Shown here piece after piece: positions 34,986-40,502 of a stretch of DNA of 40,502 bases. Positions within the stretch are counted from its first letter, which is position 1. Every line of letters begins with the position of its first letter. The position numbers and the translations under genes were made by a program. Source of the stretch: a virus (Duplodnaviria > Caudoviricetes); the IMG/VR virus record IMGVR_UViG_3300028370_000002, positions 1 to 40,502 of that record; one strand, written 5' to 3'. The notes beneath the pieces were generated by a model that saw only the letters and a program-made list of their open reading frames with translations, made no database searches and was not told the DNA's origin.

Positions 34986-35231
34986 ATGGGCACTGGACAC
35001 CTGCCTGTAGGCAAGCCCACCGCATACCGTCAGCAGCCCACCATGCGGCTCTACAATCCTGCCACGTGGCGCTGGCTGCACCAAAGCGGGGCGGGCGAAA
35101 CGGCAGACGTAAACTACTCTTGGAGCGGGTACGCACACCAAGCCCGAAAACTGCGAGAGGCATCGACCGAATGGCCGTACCGGCGCGCTGGAATGAATGA
35201 AGGCAAGATTGAACAGGAGACAAAGACATGA
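34986..35231 (+). CDS. Hypothetical protein
   Basis: GGAG SD. Confidence 0.55.
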   Translation: MGTGHLPVGKPTAYRQQPTMRLYNPATWRWLHQSGAGETADVNYSWSGYAHQARKLREASTEWPYRRAGMNEGKIEQETKT

Positions 35232-35407
35232 CACCGACAGAACTAAAAGCGATCGCTGAAAAGCTACATTACGCCATCCGGCCAAACGAAAGCCAATGCT
35301 ATGCGCTGCTAAATTACATCACGGCGCTGGAAGCGCGGGTGCAGGCGGCGGAAGGCGATGAGAACGTGACTGAAAGCTGCCGAAACGTAACGCGGATTGG
35401 CGATTAA
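35228..35407 (+). CDS. Hypothetical 59-aa protein (not in the ORF track)
   Basis: AGGAG SD, ATGA overlap; MTPTELKAIAEKLHY...RIGD*. Confidence 0.6.
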   Translation: MTPTELKAIAEKLHYAIRPNESQCYALLNYITALEARVQAAEGDENVTESCRNVTRIGD

Positions 35408-35610
35408 ACGTCATTGCCCTTAGCGCACCAGACGCGCTCAAAAACAATCACCGCCTCAACACCGGCGGCAACGGATAGCATGGTTTCGCGCCATGGCCGT
35501 GCTATCCCACGGCACTCCTCCATCGTCAGATAAGGCCCGCGCCTGTCCCTGTGACACTCTATGTCTGTGGCGCTGGTTTGCAGGCACAGTACGGCGATCG
35601 CCAGCCACAT
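35404..35610 (-). CDS. Hypothetical protein, possibly exported, last gene of the lysis block
   Basis: Hydrophobic N-terminus and four Cys; coupled to the o-spanin stop. Confidence 0.5.
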   Translation of the reverse strand: MWLAIAVLCLQTSATDIECHRDRRGPYLTMEECRGIARPWRETMLSVAAGVEAVIVFERVWCAKGNDV

Positions 35611-35810
35611 CAGAAGTCACCGCATCCGGCGTCGATGGTGCCTATCAGCGCCGCGCCGGATGCCTTGGATAGCGCACCGCCATCCGCGACAAGAGCCGCC
35701 GCATGAGCCGTCCGTAGCGCCGCGCTACCACTACAGATTGCGCTTTGATTTTGCACGGTCGCGCAACCACTTATCAACATCAGCGCCATGAGTGGGAATA
35801 TCAACTTCAT
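35610..35810 (-). CDS. Outer-membrane spanin (Rz1-like lipoprotein)
   Basis: Lipobox MKLIFPLMALMLISG-C; overlaps the 3' end of the Rz-like gene. Confidence 0.72.
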   Translation of the reverse strand: MKLIFPLMALMLISGCATVQNQSAICSGSAALRTAHAAALVADGGALSKASGAALIGTIDAGCGDF

Positions 35811-35970
35811 CCATCCTGCCCCTTGTTTTGATGTATTCATCAACCGCTCGCTTTTCCGCCTTGCTGGTGGCGTCCTTGCGCCCGCGTAGGTAAGCGGTCA
35901 CCACCCCCGCGATCAGCGCACCAGCGGCGAGGATATAGGGCAGCGCATTGCCTATGATCAGGTCAATCAT
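35731..35970 (-). CDS. Inner-membrane spanin (Rz-like)
   Basis: N-terminal TM helix followed by a charged helical tail. Confidence 0.68.
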   Translation of the reverse strand: MIDLIIGNALPYILAAGALIAGVVTAYLRGRKDATSKAEKRAVDEYIKTRGRMDEVDIPTHGADVDKWLRDRAKSKRNL

Positions 35971-36049
35971 CGCGCAGCAACAAAAACACAGCGAGGACGT
36001 ACATAGCGACGACTCCCGCTAGGAATCCTCCCAAAAATGCCCAGATCAT
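35963..36049 (-). CDS. 28-aa single-TM peptide (not in the ORF track)
   Basis: MIWAFLGGFLAGVVAMYVLAVFLLLRDD*; start overlaps the holin stop and stop overlaps the spanin start. Confidence 0.55.
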   Translation of the reverse strand: MIWAFLGGFLAGVVAMYVLAVFLLLRDD

Positions 36050-36243
36050 GTTGCCCAGCCTTTAACTTTTGCCCAGCGCGATGATGCGAATGTGGTAGCC
36101 ACTACCGCCAAACCGCCGCCGACATTCAGCAGGCTGTCGATGTTGATTGTGAGGTTCCCGGTTTCGGGATCAAAGGTGCCGCCGATGTAGGTCGCCAATG
36201 GCACTGCGAGAACGTAGATGATCATTCGGATGGCAAGAAACAT
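36046..36243 (-). CDS. Holin-like membrane protein
   Basis: 65 aa, two hydrophobic segments and a basic C-terminus; directly after the endolysin; AAGGA SD. Confidence 0.6.
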   Translation of the reverse strand: MFLAIRMIIYVLAVPLATYIGGTFDPETGNLTINIDSLLNVGGGLAVVATTFASSRWAKVKGWAT

Positions 36244-36244
36244 T

Positions 36245-36853
36245 TTATTTTCCTTTGAAAAACTGCGTGATTGCAGCGAAGATAGATGCCCACGAGGTTT
36301 TTGCAGGCGCATCTTGTCGTTCACTTTGCGCTGGTTTCTGCACCACAACGGACGCAGGCTTAACGAGCACGGATACACGATCGCGCAGGTCGTCACCGAT
36401 TTTGTGCGGATCTCCCGTAGATCGCATTCCCGGCAACCACATTATATCCCACTTGTTGCGTTGCTTGATGCCCAGCGTTGATTGCACCTCAGCGTGGGTC
36501 AGGACAGTTTCGCGCGTCACTGGGATGCCATGGGCGCGGCAAAGGCGCGCCACCTCGCCAACAAGCGCCACAACCTGAACCGCAGTGATCGGGGACGGGC
36601 CGGGGCTGAATGGTCGCTCTTTTGCCCCGCGCATCCCCGCCATAGCAATGCCGATTGCACCTGTGTTTGCCCCCCGCGTGTGTGCGGCATAGGTGCTGCC
36701 ATCGTTTGGATTGCGGATCGGGTTATTGGCAGAAAACGGATGATTGCCCATCACAATATTTCCGTCGCCATCCACGATGATGTGATAGTGCCGCTTGTCT
36801 GTGGCGTTTGCTTTGTTTCCGCCGGCTGTCCAGTGGATGATGATACGATTCAT
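36245..36853 (-). CDS. Endolysin, N-acetylmuramoyl-L-alanine amidase (Amidase_2)
   Basis: IIIHWTAG, YH, AHTRGANTGAIGI and LTHAE zinc-amidase motifs. Confidence 0.88.
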   Translation of the reverse strand: MNRIIIHWTAGGNKANATDKRHYHIIVDGDGNIVMGNHPFSANNPIRNPNDGSTYAAHTRGANTGAIGIAMAGMRGAKERPFSPGPSPITAVQVVALVGEVARLCRAHGIPVTRETVLTHAEVQSTLGIKQRNKWDIMWLPGMRSTGDPHKIGDDLRDRVSVLVKPASVVVQKPAQSERQDAPAKTSWASIFAAITQFFKGK

Positions 36854-37179
36854 TGGAACCACTCCAGAATTGAATTCTTAAAGAAGACGACCACGAACGT
36901 CGCCAGCGCGCCGATAAAACCCATGACGATCATCACACCGGCCAGCTTGCCGCGCCAAGAGGTTACCAGATCCGTGACCGGTTCAATTTTATCCAGCCGC
37001 CGCAACACATTGAGTTGATCGTGCCGAATGTCAGTCAGTTCGGCACTGGTGGCAAGCCGTGTCCGCTCAGTCTCGGCCTGCGCGGCCTTGCGCTCATGCC
37101 TGTCCTCCTCCGCACGCCTATCCATGCGCTCAACTATGGCGGTCAGGGCTGCAACTTGGGTGACTACTGTGGTCTGCAT
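36850..37179 (-). CDS. Coiled-coil protein with C-terminal TM (holin/antiholin-like)
   Basis: One hydrophobic helix near the C-terminus; immediately upstream of the endolysin. Confidence 0.55.
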   Translation of the reverse strand: MQTTVVTQVAALTAIVERMDRRAEEDRHERKAAQAETERTRLATSAELTDIRHDQLNVLRRLDKIEPVTDLVTSWRGKLAGVMIVMGFIGALATFVVVFFKNSILEWFQ

Positions 37180-37428
37180 TTATTTTCCTTCAATCTCGTA
37201 GATCAGGGCATTGGCGTCATACATATCCGCCAGAAATGCCCGTTCGCAATGGCCGGGATTGCGCTGCCAGAAAAACACTGCGTCAATGATGCCCTCTCGC
37301 CTGCGCGCTTGCCTATGCATTCGCGCGCTCACGCTCTCGTTGGGGCCTGTTTTGGTCAGATCCCGCGCTGTCATCACGTTGGCAAGCTGCGACAGCGCCG
37401 ATCCGATCATCACCACCCGTTGCATCAT
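37180..37428 (-). CDS. Hypothetical phage protein
   Basis: SQLAN...PNESVSAR...IDAVF...HC pattern; coupled to neighbours. Confidence 0.6.
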   Translation of the reverse strand: MMQRVVMIGSALSQLANVMTARDLTKTGPNESVSARMHRQARRREGIIDAVFFWQRNPGHCERAFLADMYDANALIYEIEGK

Positions 37429-37697
37429 GCCCGCACCTGTGCCGCCGCCGTGAATAGCGCGTCCATTTGCTCCGGCGTATAATTCAGCAGATAGCCAAAA
37501 AACGCAATGTTTTCGCTATTGCGTTGCCAATCCCCGGCGTGGTCGATGATGGCTCGCTCCTGCCATGACGCCGTCTCGCGGTAGGTCAGCACCTTGCCCC
37601 ACTCGACTTCCCCGAGCGTCAGGATGCCCTGCAATGGGCTGCACTGCATGGCGGCGCGGGCTTGGGCGGGGTCGGGCCTGTTGATCTTGATAATCAT
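37425..37697 (-). CDS. Tail-fibre-associated hypothetical protein
   Basis: Position after the fibre gene; ends EQMDALFTAAAQV. Confidence 0.55.
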   Translation of the reverse strand: MIIKINRPDPAQARAAMQCSPLQGILTLGEVEWGKVLTYRETASWQERAIIDHAGDWQRNSENIAFFGYLLNYTPEQMDALFTAAAQVRA

Positions 37698-37912
37698 GCG
37701 CCAACTCCATCGGTTAGATCGGCTTCGTCAACAGTCCAATGGTTGCGCCATTTCCGGTCGGTTGGAACGTCTGCAACGTCCACAATCTTGTATGGTCTGC
37801 CCGTCGGCACGTCTTTTGCCGCGATTTCCTCAAGTGTCAGTCCGCAATCTACGGGTCTGACAATTACCACGCCGCCGTCGTCGTTTTGGTAGATGATGCA
37901 TTTGTCTAGCAT
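37694..37912 (-). CDS. Putative tail fibre assembly protein
   Basis: EEIAAKDVPTGRPYKIVD...PTDR.WRNHW pattern; follows the fibre gene. Confidence 0.6.
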   Translation of the reverse strand: MLDKCIIYQNDDGGVVIVRPVDCGLTLEEIAAKDVPTGRPYKIVDVADVPTDRKWRNHWTVDEADLTDGVGA

Positions 37913-37922
37913 TGTCCTGCTC

Positions 37923-38810
37923 CTAACGGAAAATTGAAACCATTATCACGGGCGCATCAGCGAGAAGGTCACTGCTAGCATCGACTAGCGCAAGTCGAAA
38001 TGAACCAACAAGATTTGTGATCTGATACGCGTTTATGTTGTTCTGGCTGGCGTTTGGGAAAGTGTTAAACCCAAAACTGATATTTGCTACGTAATCCGCA
38101 TTAGGCATTGCTGTCGCAAAGTTGACCCGATAGTCACCTGTGCCAAAATCCGATATGCTCGACACATTCCCGGCGGCCCGAACTGATGCCGCGCCATCCC
38201 CATTAAAATTCACCCACGCGCGGCAGGCGAAAAGCGGGGCGACGCCCTGAGGCGCGAGAACAGCACCATTTAAGTTAATGCCGCCGCTGGAAGAGATAAT
38301 CACGCGCCCCGTACCCACGTTTTCTACAAATAGATCCCCGTTTGTACCGGGAGCACGCCCTACACGCGCGCCAAAAACACCCGAGTTAGCCTCACCGTAT
38401 GCATGAAAGTCTATGAGTGACGCTCGATCACCGCTCGCGCTGCGGCCTAAGTCAAGACTCGAAAGACTTTCGCTTTGAAGGGATTGCAGGCCTAAAGTAG
38501 CCCGCTGCGCCTCCGGGTTTGCATCATCCAGCAAGGCCCAGCCCGCCGCTGTCACGTTGGCAAACTCAACGCCATTGCCTGAAGCGTTCACCCGCAGCGC
38601 GTCAAGTTGTCTTCCGGTCAACGGGGGTAAATTGCCCGCAATAAGTGCTGCCCGCAGCTGATCCGCCCACGCCCCAAACGACGCCAAATCAGGCGCGAAT
38701 TGCAGCGCCTGCCAGTCAAGAAACGCATCAACATTCGTGTCAAACGCTGTCTGCGCCTGACCTTTGTCCGGGATCGTGCCGGGGTATTGTCTGATTACTG
38801 GCGCGGTCAT
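37923..38810 (-). CDS. Tail fibre / receptor-binding protein
   Basis: GWALLDDA...QRATLGL fibre repeat; C-terminal RAWVNFNG...NVSSISDFGTGDYRVNF domain. Confidence 0.78.
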   Translation of the reverse strand: MTAPVIRQYPGTIPDKGQAQTAFDTNVDAFLDWQALQFAPDLASFGAWADQLRAALIAGNLPPLTGRQLDALRVNASGNGVEFANVTAAGWALLDDANPEAQRATLGLQSLQSESLSSLDLGRSASGDRASLIDFHAYGEANSGVFGARVGRAPGTNGDLFVENVGTGRVIISSSGGINLNGAVLAPQGVAPLFACRAWVNFNGDGAASVRAAGNVSSISDFGTGDYRVNFATAMPNADYVANISFGFNTFPNASQNNINAYQITNLVGSFRLALVDASSDLLADAPVIMVSIFR

Positions 38811-39712
38811 AGCGTCTCCACTTCAAGTTGTACTTTTGTTATGCCGCGCACGTCTGCGACTGTTTGGCACGAACTGACGAAACCATAAGCTAAAAATTCA
38901 GGATTGTCATCAGGTCCGGCGAACACCGCTGCCACCCCGTCCAGATCATCAATTGTTCGCCAGAAAGGCGCGGATGCGTAGCTATCCAAGTGGACGCGAT
39001 AGCCAACGCGCGATGCGGGTGTGCGGCGCAACAGCGATGTCAGTGTGCCTTCGGTTTTCTTTACGGACCGGCTGCGCAGGCCTCGCGTGGATGCCACTTC
39101 GACAACGCCATATGCGTCAGCCAATCCCATCGCAATCGTGCTGACCGCCGCCGTTGATCCTGTGTTTGTAATCGTGACCACAACGGTTGCGCCGATTGGG
39201 ATGTTCAGCTCAAAATTGGTATATGTCCGCTCCAAAGACTGAGGCGCAAAAAACCACCGAAAAAACGATCCTTCGTATGGCGTCGCGTCGGGCACGTCAT
39301 GCGTCACGTCCGCAACATCGCCCGTCGTGTCCAGCGTGCCGACGATCCTGATTTGGGTCGCCTGCAATCCGAAAAACACCATGGCCGACAATCGCGGCAA
39401 GCCCTCCAGCGTGTAAGTGATACTGTCCGCGCGGCTTGTTATCGTGTCGATCACGCGGAACTTATCCGCGCCGAATTGCAGATCGAACGCCGCGTAACGA
39501 TTAGCCGGTCCAGCGTCAAACCACTCAGTCGATGCGACCAGTCCAGGCTCTTGCGTTGTGCTGGCGGCCGATACCTCGAACAACCGCTCACCCACCCGTC
39601 GCACGTCGCCCAAGTTATAGGTGCCCGCCGTCCATGCCGTTTCCAGCGCAACGTTGGTGCTGTCGATGTTGGTTTCGGTTATCGCAAAAGGTTCAATGAT
39701 CCGCAGGGTCAT
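38807..39712 (-). CDS. Distal tail / baseplate protein
   Basis: 301 aa, beta-rich, coupled to the tape measure stop. Confidence 0.6.
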   Translation of the reverse strand: MTLRIIEPFAITETNIDSTNVALETAWTAGTYNLGDVRRVGERLFEVSAASTTQEPGLVASTEWFDAGPANRYAAFDLQFGADKFRVIDTITSRADSITYTLEGLPRLSAMVFFGLQATQIRIVGTLDTTGDVADVTHDVPDATPYEGSFFRWFFAPQSLERTYTNFELNIPIGATVVVTITNTGSTAAVSTIAMGLADAYGVVEVASTRGLRSRSVKKTEGTLTSLLRRTPASRVGYRVHLDSYASAPFWRTIDDLDGVAAVFAGPDDNPEFLAYGFVSSCQTVADVRGITKVQLEVETL

Positions 39713-40502
39713 AGGGTCTGCTCCAACTGGAATGCCAGCGTGTCGTCTGCCGCGTCGGCACCGCGTCCAGTGTTGCCCGCCGTGATTTCGGACGACGACA
39801 CCAGCCGCTCCATCGACACGTTAAGCGCCCGCAACTCTGCGCGCAACTCTGCATCGGACTCGCGCGGCGTAAACGACTGGTTATTGCTGTTCCTTGACAA
39901 GGCGCGGGTAAAGTCTTGCCCGGTTGCGAACAAATCCTCATTGACCAGCGCTCGCAGACTATCCCCCAACGCGTCGGCCCCTGCGCTGATCTCGGCAAAG
40001 GCGGGCGAAAGCTGCATCAGTGACGCCACCAGCCTGCTGTCTCCCAGCGCGTCCGCTTCATCCACAAGCGCCCGGAATGCAGCCCGCGTGGACGGCAGAG
40101 TGTTGATGCCCAGCGCCAGCATTTCAATGGATAGCAATTCAGTCGCGCGCGCCACCCGCTCCGCATCGGTAAAGAAATTCTGGTAGTATGATTGCGACAC
40201 CGCGTTGAAGTTTTCCAGCGACCCGAACAACTGGACAAACGCCGCCGCCGCCCCACCGCCCGCAAGCGACACGTCGTAAAGGTTCATGCGGAAGTTGCCC
40301 ATCCATCCGTTGACCGCCACCAGTGACTGCGCCAGCCGTTCCAGTGTAGCCGCCGAACCCTCTCCTGTGATGGCAAACCTTGCCAGCCCGCCGACCATCC
40401 CGGCCATTGCGTCCGCCATGCCTAATAGTGCATCCTGAATGGCCTTTTGCGCAGCCTCGTCCGACAAGCCCTTTGTGGAGACGCTCAGAGTGTGGGCGAA
40501 GT
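39709..40502 (-). CDS. Tail tape measure protein, C-terminal part
   Basis: In-frame continuation of 1..2525 across the 46-bp overlap (...VSTKGLSDEAAQKAIQD...). Confidence 0.9.
   Translation of the reverse strand, partial: FAHTLSVSTKGLSDEAAQKAIQDALLGMADAMAGMVGGLARFAITGEGSAATLERLAQSLVAVNGWMGNFRMNLYDVSLAGGGAAAAFVQLFGSLENFNAVSQSYYQNFFTDAERVARATELLSIEMLALGINTLPSTRAAFRALVDEADALGDSRLVASLMQLSPAFAEISAGADALGDSLRALVNEDLFATGQDFTRALSRNSNNQSFTPRESDAELRAELRALNVSMERLVSSSEITAGNTGRGADAADDTLAFQLEQTL
40457..40502. repeat. 46-bp direct repeat of the window start
   Basis: Identical to 1-46. Confidence 0.95.

Noticed and set aside
35404-35407. Overlapping convergent stop codons (TTAA), also CTAA at 15251
   Set aside because: This is real but adequately explained by genome compaction; there is no evidence of function.
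37923-38300. Diversity-generating retroelement target in the tail fibre
   Set aside because: No reverse transcriptase and no second copy of the fibre 3' region were seen.
40457-40502. Biological direct terminal repeat
   Set aside because: It falls in the middle of the tape measure gene and has the size of an assembler overlap, so it does not mark the physical genome ends.

Overview
This is an apparently complete, circularly assembled genome of about 40.46 kb from a siphovirus-type tailed phage. Bases 1-46 are repeated at 40457-40502, and the break falls inside the tape-measure gene. I found no integrase or CI-type repressor, so the phage looks lytic. High GC and promoter style suggest an alphaproteobacterial host (inference only). 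The minus strand carries SF2 helicase, adenine MTase, HD hydrolase, DEDDh exonuclease, primase-helicase, a ParB-MTase plus PLP-enzyme pair, terminase, head, neck, fibre, tail and lysis genes. The plus strand (25364-35407) carries a Cas4-like exonuclease, SSB, family B DNA polymerase, a beta-clamp-like protein, a VRR-NUC nuclease and many small ORFs. The main points of interest are five. (1) A ParB-methyltransferase-fold gene with a non-canonical CPPY motif is translationally coupled to an ACC-deaminase-like PLP enzyme next to the terminase, a candidate DNA hypermodification system, and it is split by one in-frame amber codon. (2) Six promoters share a TTGAC-N8/9-CAATA-N5-CAATA architecture. 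(3) Four fibre-like genes carry matching N- and C-terminal motifs. (4) An acidic/basic microprotein pair is missed by the ORF track. (5) An iteron-rich candidate origin follows the primase gene. All functional calls come from recognising motifs by eye; no searches were run.
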